DNA from: Selaginella moellendorffii
Lineage: Eukaryota > Plantae > Lycopodiophyta
Assembly (NCBI RefSeq): GCF_000143415.4
Contig: NW_003314271.1
Coordinates: 248,001-312,000, forward strand
Direction of reading: 5' to 3'
DNA length: 64,000 bases
How positions within the stretch are numbered: position 1 is the first letter of the stretch; every line of letters begins with the position of its first letter. Made by a program: the position numbers and the translations under genes. The notes beneath the pieces were generated by a model. The model was not told where the DNA came from and ran no database searches. It saw nothing but the letters and a program-made list of their open reading frames with translations. Positions 21,740 through 33,877 of the stretch are shown piece after piece.

Positions 21740-21878
21740 GTAGTAGACATTCCCTCAAAATAAACATCCGACACAAGTTGCATTTAAAACTTTAATGATT
21801 TATGAAATTCTATAATTCACATCATGTATCACATTTTATTGCATTCTTCATTATTGTAAAAGCCTTGCTAAGAGTGAT
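21740..21878 (-). pseudogene. Degenerate 5.8S rDNA (ITS2 remnant at about 21587-21740)
   Basis: Aligns to reverse-complement 5.8S (TTGCGTTCAAAGACTCGATG, ATTCTGCAATTCAC, GTTCTTCATCGATGC, TTGCCGAGAGT) in the correct position relative to 26S. Confidence 0.85.
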
Positions 21879-22062
21879 ATTTTGTTTTTTTAGCCTGATA
21901 AAAAACAATTAACTTAATAACAACAATATAGCCTCTAAGCATGCCATATCCCTAACCAATGGTTGACAAAATGGAAGGAGACACATATGCACAAGTGCAT
22001 ATAGCTAAATTGAGTGTTTTAGTTAGTTATGGCTCTAGTCATGGCCTTTTGGGGAACAATAT

Positions 22063-22962
22063 TGTAAGGCACGTGGTTTTCATCCTTTATCCTATGGTGA
22101 TTTACCATAAGATAGCCATGAAGTGGAATTTAAACCCTCCATATGCCACGTGTCTAAAAGATAATGGAGTGGAATCCAAGTTCAAAGGCCTTGGGCCACT
22201 GAATGAAGGAACGGTGTGAAACTCCCAAGTATAGAGCCAAGGAGTATTAGCACTGGAACACAAAATGATTCCCAAATATACAGCCCAAGGAGTGAAAGAA
22301 CAGGAGCATGGAGCAATTTGGATTAGTCCTAGAGTATTCAATATCCTAATGCCAAGACTAGCATATAAAACGAAGCCAAACGAAGTCTTGCACTATTTTA
22401 GCATACCGGTGGCCTAACACAAGGATATGGGTACTTCACCAACTAGCATGGAATGGAACTTGGGCTTAGATCCAAACCAGATGCAAAACAAAGATAGACA
22501 CGCAAGCAGGAGCTAAATTATACCTCATGTTAGTTAGCTATGCCCAACTTACTCACTATCCCTACTATATATTTAGAACCCCCCACAGCCCCCCTACTAT
22601 ATATGAACCCCCCACAGCCCCCCCCCCCCCCCCCCCCCCTTGAGGAACACACACTTTGGGCTTTCACCCCAAACCTCCCTTAGTACCAAGAATTGGTCTC
22701 TAGGACAAACTTGAAATTTATTAAATATGGAATGTCCCTAGATTGCAAATTTGGACACAGGATGAACACCATTGTGTTCAGGACAATCTCTACATTTCAT
22801 AGATATGCCAAATGAACAAATCTAAACACTTTCCATAAATAGCATTTGGGACTGAAATGAAACTAACACAAAAAGCATGATAGCGAGGGTGTTTAGCAAA
22901 CAAGGTAAGCTATCATCCAGCAATATTGAGGGACTAATCTTAATATGTGAGGGTTTTTGTCA
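22063..22962 (+). mobile_element. Old LTR (about 0.9 kb), same family as 19414-20256
   Basis: TGTAAGGC...TGTCA. Reverse complement of 19414-20256. Contains a duplicated CTACTATATAT...GAACCCCCCACAGCCC unit and a poly-C run. Confidence 0.7.
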
Positions 22963-25414
22963 CTAGCCAATGCAAGACATAACGAGACGGGAACTCCTTA
23001 CTAGGCTAAGTATGTTTAGCTAATAACACGTAGGAATTCCATCTTTATGCTCATTCGGTTTAAGTACACTTGAAATGCCCAGTTAACTCCACTAGCACAA
23101 GAGGGACTGATAAATGGTCTAGCAATACTGATCTCCTACCATCATGATAGTAAAGAAAGAATATTTAAAAAGACAGTTGACAAGTAACTTTCGATACCTG
23201 AAATCACATTCGTGACAAATATAATGTTTTGGAATTTCTTCTGATAGAGATGCTTTCTAAGAATTTAGGTTAAAGGTTGGGAAGAGTAGTCTTCCAATTG
23301 CATTGGAGGCAATCTCTATTAAAGAAGCATTGGCTCCTAGAAGCTTGGTAGAGCTGTTCTTTCTCCTCCTCCCTTTTAAAGGCAATGCTCTCAAATAATA
23401 TTTTGACTATTTTAGTTTCTTTATTAATTAAATCCTAGAATTTCCCTTCTGTTATGAGTAAATAGCATGTTGCATATTATGTATATTAGAACTCCAAATA
23501 AATATGAAGAATTAAATAAGCCCATTCTTCCAACTAAGCTTCCAATTCACAAAACAATGCTATTTCCAATTTATATGAATGACAGATAAAAGAATCCTCA
23601 AATAATCACTAAGAGCTGTGGTAAGGGGAGGTGAGGACTTCCAAGGAGATGAAAAAGCCTCTTTAGCTACAACAAGGAGACCTTCTTGGTGAAGAGTGCT
23701 TTCTATTAAACACCATCCTAATTCACTCTCTCTCTGCTTACCTAGCAATGATGTGGTATGATGCCTTCTTTTTGTTTTTTCTCCAACACACTCCCTCTCC
23801 TATCCGTCACTGCTGCACACTCCCGCCTACGGCTATCGCCCACCCACCCACTCGCCCTCAACTTGCCCGCCTGCACATCTGTCCGCGCCCAACATACACC
23901 CTAATTATTTCCACGTGGCCACAACCCCTACACTTAGCCAAATTTCAATCAGTGCACGGTTAGTTGCCCTATAATTGACCTAAAAACATTTTTGTTTCTT
24001 CTATGATCAAGTATAGTGGCAGCATATCAATTTCCAGAGGTAAGCAATCAATTTAACTTCATATTAATTCAAGAAAATCATACAGAATTCCCCATGGCTT
24101 GATGAGGTGTAAGAATTCCATGAAAAGGATTATTTTTATGTAGATGATTTAGATTGAAATTTGTCTAAATCAAATGAAACTATAGCTCCTATTATATATA
24201 TATATATTACACAAGGATGTGAATAAGTTTCTAAATGGTGAGAAGAGAAGGGGTGATGGAGTAGATTTTTTGCAATTTTCCAACAAAAATCATGATTTTA
24301 GAGATTTAAAATGACCCAAAAACACAATCTTTTTATTATTAATTAGGTATATTTTTAACAAAATATAATTACTAACTTCTTGACACAGGTATTGGTGTGA
24401 ATATGGAAAATAAGATGCTTTTGAAACATCCTCTACAATTGCTAAATCTATACCAAAGTTAGGACCTAGAAGTAGATCAGGTCAAAATTCTAACAAACTG
24501 GGTTGCTTTTGCAATTTTTTGGTCAAACAATTTTACAAATGGCCTGATTATGTGTAGATCACATATTATCATAGAGAGCATTGTGATAAGAATGGGATTC
24601 CTTGTCATGGTCAATTTGATCTGACTAGAGGAAAGTCATTATTTCCTCAGAAGCTTTCAACAGATATTTGACATTGGGTGATTTATATAATCTAGTAGAA
24701 TTTCACATCAAATCAGATTTATAATGAGCATATACAGATTGTGGGAAGGAATAAGTCAGTTGGTGAACCTCCTTGTTGAGATGATTTTTTAATTATGCAA
24801 GATATTAACAATTTGCATAGGAAGTATTTGCTTTCAACTTATCGACTATATGAGAATGATGCATAACGTGTACGTATTTAAAAGAACACAAATCCCCAGA
24901 AAGTATTTTTGTATCAGGAAGGTGATCGAGGTAAAGATTGTTTTACCATAGAGATTCAAACAACTTGGCAATTGCAAAAGATGGTGGACTTTGCAAATAA
25001 TAATTTATTGAGTCTTGATGCAACTTTTGGAACTAAGTATTACAAGATAAAATTTTAGAATTTCAGCAGCACATTGATAGTTATAGTACATCATCGAAGC
25101 AGGCAAAACCTTTAATGAAAGAATTACAGGTAAAAGAAAAGCTTCTAGTAGTCTACAAGCAATTTCTTTTACTAGGTAGAGGAAGACAAGAAAGAAAAGC
25201 TCTTTAAATGAAAAACTTAATCTTAGCAAAGAATAAATTAAAAAAAAACTCTTTATGTACTTGCATTGCATATGTTTAAATTAAGTGGATCACCACTCCT
25301 ACTGTTGATCATGGTCATCCATGACACCCATTGGCCACATAAAGCAGAGTGCTTTTATTTAAGTTTCATTGTGTTCAAAATAGGAGTTTAATTAACTTCC
25401 ATTTCAAAATCAAA

Positions 25415-26688
25415 TTAAATCCTCAAAGTGTCCAAGAGCCACTGGCGATTAAGTCCCCCAGCTTGCAAAGCCGTAATATAATCCTTATAAACCATAGGCT
25501 TAAACACTGGAGAGCCCTCCACCAATTTGGTAACTGGGTGCACCAAACTCTCCCAATTTGGCCCCATTGCCACTGGAATGGACATTCGATCTTCACTGCT
25601 ATTAACCACAGCCCTGTGCTGGGCACTCTTATACTTGTCATTGCTCAAAATCTGCAAGAGAATAAAAAGAAAACATTAACTTTGACCAGTCAGTCAATGC
25701 TAGTAAACGAGAAAGAGTGAACGCTGACCTGGATCTGGTCGCCCAGATTGACCACGAACGAATAAGGTATGGGCTTCACGGAGTACCACTCGTGACCGTG
25801 CATCACCTGGAGACCCTCGACGTGATCTTGGAGCAGCAGCGTGATCGATCCGGGGTCCGAGTGTGGGCCGATTCCCAGCACCAGATCGGGCTCGGGGCAA
25901 GCAGGATAGAAGTTGAGAGCCATGACTTGCGAGCAGCCATTGAATGCCTTGTCGATGTAATCCTTTGGAAGATCCAAGCTCTCGGAGATGAGCTCCAGGA
26001 GGAACTTTGCAAGGTTGCGAACGCGAGTGGAGTAATCGGCAGTAACTTCCCTATAAGATGATCATATACCAGTGATGTTAAGAAAGGATGGCAAGAAGGT
26101 ATTTATACCTGTAAGATGCTGGCTTTTCAGGCCAGAGTTCTTGCATCTCGGCCAGTGGGAGGCAGCTATGGCGGAGGTAATCTCTCCAGCTAAAGACCTT
26201 GTCTTGTGTAACATTGAAGCTGGTTCCATACCTCATTCGGGATTCGGTGTCTGTGGAGAAGTAGCGCATTTTCTCCTCGTTTGGGAGAGCGTGGAATTCG
26301 CGAGCCACCGATTGCATTTCATCCACCAAAGAATGGGGAACACCGTGATTGATCACCTGTATGGCGAAGATCACACAATTCTCGATCAATTCTAGACCCA
26401 ATGATTGGAACAAAGGGATTTTGGGACATCCAACACCCAGCAAGAACAATAGCACACCTGGAAGAAGCCCCATTGCACGCAAGCTTCACGGATTTGCGGG
26501 ACAAGCGCTGCTCGAGCCTCGCTCGAATTCAAGGCGGCGCCAAGATCCAAGACTGGGAAGCTTTCCTCGCGATGAACGGCATTTGGGCGCTCCTCTTTGG
26601 ATCGGATGTAAATGCCGGGCAGCTTGTCCAGGCCCGAATCCACCAGATTCTTCACACCCAAGTGGAGTGGAAGAACTTCGGTGGCCAT
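25415..26688 (-). CDS. 2-oxoglutarate/Fe(II)-dependent dioxygenase, DMR6/DLO-like (DOXC class), 4 exons
   Basis: GVKNL, WGFFQVINHGV, SWRDYL, LNFYPACPEP, HSD...H and RMS motifs, with GT-AG introns at the family-typical positions. Confidence 0.93.
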
Positions 26689-26928
26689 TGTTGAGCTCTT
26701 CGTAAAGATAAGCTTCCTCTGGTTTTATACTAAAACTTTCTTGGCGAATACGAAAAAATGTCTTAGATTTTCTAGATTCTAAAAGAGGTTCGGTCCCGTG
26801 TGGCTGCTAAGAAGGAACTACGAATCTACAAGTTGGCATAGCAAAATGAACTACCGCTCAGCGGTCCAGATGGCATCGCGAATGGACGGATGTGATTGCT
26901 CTATTGGTCTCGAGGATATTCCAGGGCC

Positions 26929-29900
26929 ATGCCACGGGCAAAGGCAATGTCGTCTTCCAGGGCGGAGGCGCCACCGTCGGCGCTCCAGCCCGCGCGGATT
27001 CTCTTCTCCGGAATCAAGGTACCCGATCTCTCGCGCCAGTTCCAGCAGCACAATGCCATCCCGTCGCTGCTCGATCGGATCAATTCGCCGCTGGCAGCTG
27101 CCAGATCCTTGTTCCAGCGCGTTCTTCCTCCTAGGGCAGCCACATCCGGCAGGGAGCCGCTGCTCCAGTCGCTCCAGGCGCGGATTTTAGGGTCGCTACG
27201 GCAGCGCCATGCCGCGCTCTTCTGCTCGGCATCGCTGGGCGCTGGCGATGATCAGCGCAAGGAGAATTCCATGGTGGTGGCGGTCAGGAAGGGTTCTAGG
27301 GGGAAGGAGGAGGAGGAAAGAGTCCTTATCAGCGAGGTTCTTGTCCAAGATAAAGATGGGCAGGAGCTGGAAAACTCGGAGATTTTGGCCACTGCTCGAC
27401 AGGCTCTAAAGTCGTGTAAATCGAATTACGCGCTCACGACGAAAGAGGTCCAAGAGGACGTCCATCGGATCATCGAGACTGGATTTTTCGCGTCTTGCAT
27501 GCCTGTTGCCGAAGATACACGAGATGGAGTCAGGCTGATTTTCAAGGTGCTGACTGCTGATCCTTTTTTTTTTACTTCCGTTTTGCTGCATTCTCACAAT
27601 CTTTTCCACAGGTCGAGGCTAACCAAGAACTTCGTGGCCTTGTTTGCAATGGCGCAAACGTTCTTCCCACGAAGGTTATCGAGGATGCCTTTCGAAACGA
27701 GTATGGTATGCCATTTGTTTCTCTTTTCATCTTTTTTCCGAGTGGGGAAGTAGCATTAAGAATGTGTTGCATTGCTCTTTAAGTTTTGCAGGAAAAGTTG
27801 TGAACATTCAAAGGCTTAACACGGTTCTCGACACTTTGAATGGATGGTACCGAGATAGAGGCTACTTTGCACAGGTAGATTCTTGCGCATTCCTTTTTTT
27901 TGAGATGGTTCTAGTGACAGTACACAGGTGACAGACCTGGAGATAATGCCAGACGGTATTCTCAAAGTACAATTTGCTGAGGCAGTAGTTAACAACATCA
28001 ATATACGATTTTTGGACAGGAAAACGTAAGCTTTTCTAGTCTGAAAGAAGTAAGGGTGTGTGAAAAGTTGAACTTGTAGGGGGGAGCCGACTGTCGGGAA
28101 AACAAGGCCCGAAACATTACTTCGCCAGCTTACGACGAAAAAAGGACAGGTGAATTCCAAAATCTTTTTTGTTTCTAGCATTAGACCCTGTATGATAAAT
28201 TTACAGGTATACAGCTTGCAACAAGGTAGACGAGATGCCGAAACGGTCTTTACAATGGGAATTATGGAAGATGTCAATATCGTGCCACAGGCTGCTGGAG
28301 GTATCATTTCTATTGTTGTATATGTTATTGAAGAGGTATTGTTTTCAGATACTGGGATGGTAGACTTGACAATGAATGTAGTGGAACGTGTACCTGGAGG
28401 ATTTTCCGCAGGAGGAGGGTTGTCAGGAAACGGGTATGTCATCACAACTTGTAAGAACCGAATTGATTTTCTAAATGTTACCATCTGCGCAGCATGACGA
28501 ACGGAGCATTGTCGGGTTTGGTTGGGAGGTAAGACGGCTCGACTTCTATGGAATTTGTTTGTGTTAAAATGTTGGTGGCTGCAGTTTTGCTTATTCCCAT
28601 AGAAATGTGTTTGGACGTAATCAGAAGCTGAACGTATCATTGGAGAGGGGTCAAGTGGACTCGATGTTTCGTATTAACTACACCGATCCTTGGATTGAGG
28701 GGGATGACAAGCGCACGTCAAGAGCAATCAACATCCAGGTAAAGCACGGAAAACTTCAAGGGACTTATCAGCTCACATATAGATATTTGCAGAATTCTCG
28801 GAGTCCAGCCTCTATGACTCATGGCGTTCGAAGAGATGTTAGTTCATCTGGACCTTCGCATGGCGGCGTGACCGTCAGCCGGCTCGTGGCATCAGTTGAT
28901 TACAGCAGACCACTACGACCAAAATGGAGCGGAACCGCTGGTTTGAGCTTTCAGGTGTACGCGTGCCATTTATCTTCAAAGCTACTAACTTGAATCTACA
29001 CAGCGAGCAGGAGCACGGGATGAGCATGGTCAGGCCAAGGCTATTGATGTGTATGGGGGACCACTTACATTCAGGTAGTCGGTGTCTTCACTTGGTTCTT
29101 CTTTTATAGAGAGTTTTATATCTGTAGTGGCAAAGCACATGACGACATGCTCATTGCGAAGCTTGAGCTGGTATACACGGATTCGGGTGATTATGGCTCT
29201 TCTCAGGTACAGCATCGTTGTCTGCTCGTCTTTTTCGTGAACCGCCAACCGTTTCCTTCATGTTCCAGCTTGTTTTAAACACGGAGCAAGGACTGCCAAT
29301 TGCTCCGGATTGGCTTTTCTTCAATCGTGTCAACATCAGGGCCCGCCAGGGCGTGAGGATCGGACAAGTTCGATGCATAACAAGGCAGGCCACATTTGTT
29401 TTTGTTTTTCCAAAGCTGGTTTCGTAATCTCGTGGTTTTTCTAGCTTCTCTGCCGGTAACGTAGCTGGAGATCTCGCCCCTCACGAAGCGTTTCCGATAG
29501 GAGGAACAAACAGCGTCCGTGGTTACGACGAGGGAGCAGTCGGATCCGGGCGTTCTTACGCCGTGGCCAGCGGAGAAATCTCCATTCCTTTGGTAAGAAG
29601 AAGGTTTTGCTCGAACTCAGTTTTTGCTCAAGCGATCTCAAATCTTTGTTTTGCTCTTTTCTCTTTAGTGGGGTCCTTTGGAAGGTGCTGTGTTTGCAGA
29701 CTATGGAACAGATCTAGGATCCGGACACACAGTTCCCGGTAAGTCGATGTGATCTTTCTTTTGAAAGCTTGTATCGATCGAGCTCTTATAAACAGGTGAT
29801 CCTGCGAGTGTTAGAGGAAAGCCAGGCTCTGGATATGGCTATGGAGCGGGCGTTCGTGTCGATTCTCCTCTCGGGCCATTGCGACTAGAGTATGCTCTCA

Positions 29901-29950
29901 ACGATCATAGAGCAAAGCGCTTCCATTTTGGTATCGGTTATAGAAATTAA
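26929..29950 (+). CDS. OEP80: Chloroplast outer envelope Omp85-family protein OEP80/Toc75-V, multi-exon
   Basis: [24 protein letters not shown] segments, [39 protein letters not shown] and C-terminal [10 protein letters not shown]. The start could be 26929 or 26947. Confidence 0.93.
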
Positions 29951-30103
29951 GCTCTGTTATAGACATCGACGTGTTCCATTTAAATCCTTCTTTCTTGGAA
30001 GCTTCTAAAGCGTATATTCCTGGGATATTAGAATATTTAAATTATTGCGAATGTGTGACGACTTCCACACGGCTTAGGGTTTATCAGAGAGAGGTGCGCA
30101 GCT

Positions 30104-32014
30104 ATGGCGGGGAAGCTACTCCATTCCGTGAATCTCATCGATGCGCGCAGTGGCGAATCGATCAAGGCCGCCGATGCGCTGCGCAACAAGGTAACGCTGC
30201 TCGCGATCGCGCCGCACTGGCTGCCGATGCCGCTGCGGCAGACCATGGCGTCGCTGGTCGAGGTCGTGGACGAGCTCCAGCAGCAGGGCAAGGAGATCGC
30301 GCTCGTCTACGTCGCCGTGGATCGCGACGAGGACATGATCGCCAAGCTCAAGGCGCGCGGCAACGACAGGGTTCTCGACGATCGCCCGTCGCAGGAGTGT
30401 TTTGACGATCTCCGGAAGCAGATGTCGCAGGGATGGATGGCTGTTCCTCTGGAGGATTCCGCCACGCGCGAGTCGCTGCTCAAGGATTTGCGGTCTGGAG
30501 CTGGGATTTTCCATCTGGCCGTGATTGGAGAGGATGGAGAGGTCTTAACGCAAGATGGCCTGGACGTGATCTACAAGTGGGGGGCCGAGGGGTTTCCTTT
30601 CAGCGACGAACGAATTCAAGCCCTGGAGAAGGAGGCCGAGGAGAGGAAAGCCAACCAGAGTCTAAAGTCGCTGCTCGTCTCTCCGGATCGAGACTTCGTC
30701 ATTGCAAACGATGGATCGAAGGTTTGTTCTCTAGATTGTTTTCGTTGTTCTTCCATCCTTTCATGTGTTTCTTGTGTTTCTCGGTTTTAAGGTGAAAGTA
30801 GAGAGCTTGGAAGGGAAGATCGTGGCGCTATACTTCTCCGGGCACTGGTGTGGTCCTTGCCGGAGCTTCACTCCCGTGCTGGCCAGGCTTTACAAACAGC
30901 TCAAAGACAAAGGTGAGGAGTTTGAGGTGGTGTTCGTCTCGGCGGACAACGACGAAGACGCTTTCGAGGAGTACCACAAGGAGATGCCATGGCTTGCGAT
31001 TCCCTTCTCGGATTCCAAGACGAGGAAGCAGCTGGATCGCATTTTCGACATAGGTGGGATCCCGTCGCTGGTGGTCCTGGGCAAGGATGGCAAGACTGTC
31101 CACACTGATGCCGTGCAGCTCGTTTCCAAGCATGGTGTCGACGCTTATCCCTTCACTCCAGAGAAGCTGGACGAGATCAAGGCTGAGCAGGAGAAGAGGC
31201 GTGCTCAGCAAACTCTCGACTCGCTCCTGGTATCAAACAGCCGCGACTTTGTTGTCACTCACGATGGCAAAGAGGTAACTTGGAAAGTTTTTCTTCCTGA
31301 CGCTGAAAAGTCTTTGTTTTCCAGGTGAAAATCAGCGAGCTCAAAGGAAAGACTGTTGGACTCTACTTCTCGGCTCACTGGTGCCCGCCTTGCCGCGGAT
31401 TCACGCCGGAGCTCGTCCAAGTCTACAACGAGCTCAAGCAAAAGAACGCCGAGTTTGAGATCATCTTCGTCTCCAGCGACCGTGACGAGGAGGCCTTCAA
31501 GTCCTACTTCGCATCGATGCCGTGGCTGGCTCTCCCCTTCTCGGACCGCGAATCCAAGTCGGAGCTCTCCAGCTACTTCGAGGTGGAAGGCATTCCAACG
31601 CTGGTGATCCTGGGACCCGATGGGAAAACTCTCACCGCGGCTGGACGACGCCTGGTGGGGGCTTACAAAGCAGCGGCGTTTCCTTTCACGGGCTCGCACA
31701 TCGAAGCTCTCACATCCAAGGAGATGGAGGAAGCCAACGCGGTGGCGGCACAGCTCCCGAAAGAGATCACTCACTCGAGCCATCCGGAGCATCCGCTCGC
31801 GCTCGTCGTGAGCGCGTACAAGGGGCCGTATGGCTGTGATGTCTGCGATCAAGATGGTACTGGCTGGGTCTATCACTGCGCCGAGTGCTCGTTTGATATC
31901 CATCCCAAGTGTGCCAAGCCGGAGATTGAGAAGAAGAAAGCGGAAGAACAAGAGGGCGGCGGCGCCAAGAAGGAAGGCTGGGTTTGCGAAGGCGATGTTT
32001 GCAAGAAGAATTAA
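30104..32014 (+). CDS. NRX1: Nucleoredoxin (three thioredoxin-like domains plus C1/DC1 domain), 3 exons
   Basis: LYFSGHWCGPC, LYFSAHWCPPC, MPWLA(I/L)PF, C-terminal CDVC...C..C.FDIHPKC and EGWVCEGDVC. Confidence 0.93.
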
Positions 32015-32814
32015 ACTGAGCCGAATATTCTAAGGGTATAGCGAGTTTGCTCTATAGAGAGAAAAGGTGACGGAGATCTTAAAAGCCCTAAACAAGTATC
32101 GATACGTCCACTTGCTATTGTTCTTGTCAGGAATGACTTGCTTTGGTGACCTATGACATGATTTCGGCGTTTGCTGTGGTGGGTCTACAAGGAGCTCTGT
32201 GCTGTACATGATTTGATGCTTTCGCTCATTTCTCAAGCGATTTTGGTCAATTGTCAGAACACACTTACGCTGAGGTCGGCAGACGGATAATAGAAAGCGA
32301 TGACTACTACATTTCAGGCTCCTTGGAGATCAAAAGGCAGTTTACAGAAGTGACTTATCTTCTCGAAAAAGTTGGACATAAACGTCTGACTGATCTTGCG
32401 GTTCGGACTCGCGACAAAGAGATGAATGATAAGTGCATACCAATAGAGAGATATCGCAAGGAGAATCGGGGCTGCGAATATATTCAAGGCCAGTGCAGCT
32501 GGCAATTGGCAGCATCATTCGAATCTTGAGCCGTGAAGAAAATGCAAAGTATCGGATCGGCTGCATAGCGCAGGACAAGGTCTGGTATTCCAGATAAACC
32601 AGAGCTCTTTGGACACAGCCACTCGTTGGTGGCTTTTGTTATGGAGCCCAAGTATGAGTTAGCCAAGCAATACATGGAATGTTTCGGAGAAACAACAGCA
32701 AGGCTATGGCCGACAAGAAGAAGAGCCAGTATACATTTACACAAAGATATATATCCTTGGAGTCCCAAGGATTTGGCCTAGTTATCTGCAGGACTTTAAG
32801 AGTGGCTTGCGATA

Positions 32815-33320
32815 GAGGAGGCAGCTGGATCGCATTTTCAACATAGGTGGGATCCCGTCGCTGGTGGTTCTGGGCAAGGATGCCGTGCAGCGCTCTGGAA
32901 AAGAAAGACTTTTCAGCGAAAGGAGAAAACTTTCCAAGTTACCTCTTTGCCATCGTGAGTGACAACAAAGTCGCGGCTGTTTGATACCAGGAGCGAGTCG
33001 AGAGTTTGCTGAGCACGCCTCTTCTCCTGCTCAGCCTTGATCTCGTCCAGCTTCTCTGGAGTGAAGGGATCCGCATCGACGCTTGGAAACGGGAGCTCAA
33101 AGGAAGACCGGTTGCCGCAGATTCACGCCGGAGCTCGTTCAAGTCTTCAACAAGCTCAAGCAACATCGATGGTCTCTCCTTCTCGGATCGCGAATCCAAA
33201 TCGGAGCTCTCCAGCTACTTCGACGTGGAAGGCATAACGCTGGTGATCCTGGCACCCGACGGCAAAACTCTCACCGCGACTGGACGACGCTTGGTGGATC
33301 TTACAAAGCAGCGGCGTTTC
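32815..33320. pseudogene. Scrambled nucleoredoxin fragments with an internal inversion
   Basis: 32815-32891 matches about 31022-31118 on +. About 32895-33070 is the reverse complement of 31148-31324. 33092-33320 matches 31337-31683 with deletions. A further piece lies at 33747-33830. Confidence 0.9.
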
Positions 33321-33877
33321 GAACCTAGCTAATTTACAAGTGAGGTTTCAACGCAAATGACGTCATTTTCAAACAAAAGTTTGTAGGCCTCGCGGCGGCA
33401 TAGGAATCTGCTGGCTCATTGATCCAGCTAGCGTCGGCACCATTCTCTTGGGTTGGGTGCAAGCTCCCTTTTGCGAACCCAATCGTGAAAAGAATGTCCT
33501 GTTTCTCCCCAGAGATCTGCCTCCTTCTAATGCCGGCCGAATCTAGATAATCCGTGGCGACAGAAATCTAATCGCACACCTAACATAAAAAATCCCACCA
33601 TATCTCTTCATGTTGCCCTCTACTTGGTAAAAGTGTACCCTACATTCGTTCTCAGTTTTTCCAATCAAGCTATGAAGTGTAACTTGATCTAGCAGGAAGC
33701 AGCCAACGCAGAGGCAGTATAGCTCCGAAACAGGAGCCATCCGGTCGTACAAGGGGCCGTATGGCTGTGAATCAAGATGGCAATACTGGCTGGTCTATGG
33801 TCCAATCAACTGCGCCGAATATTCTAATGGTATGCGCTTTTCTCTTTTATAAGGCATAATTAGGGTTTGTAGAGTCC

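Noticed and set aside
17010-21878. Functional rRNA genes
   Set aside because: The sequence is heavily mutated, interrupted, and lacks 18S and the 26S 3' end, so it is annotated as pseudogene.
23100-23690. Possible LINE 3'-end remnant on the minus strand
   Set aside because: Only a vague ...IHINWK-type motif is visible, which is too little to call.
32250-32810. Short ORFs between NRX and its scrambled copy, and at 36130-36480
   Set aside because: No family motif was recognised. They may be gene fragments but cannot be assigned without a search.
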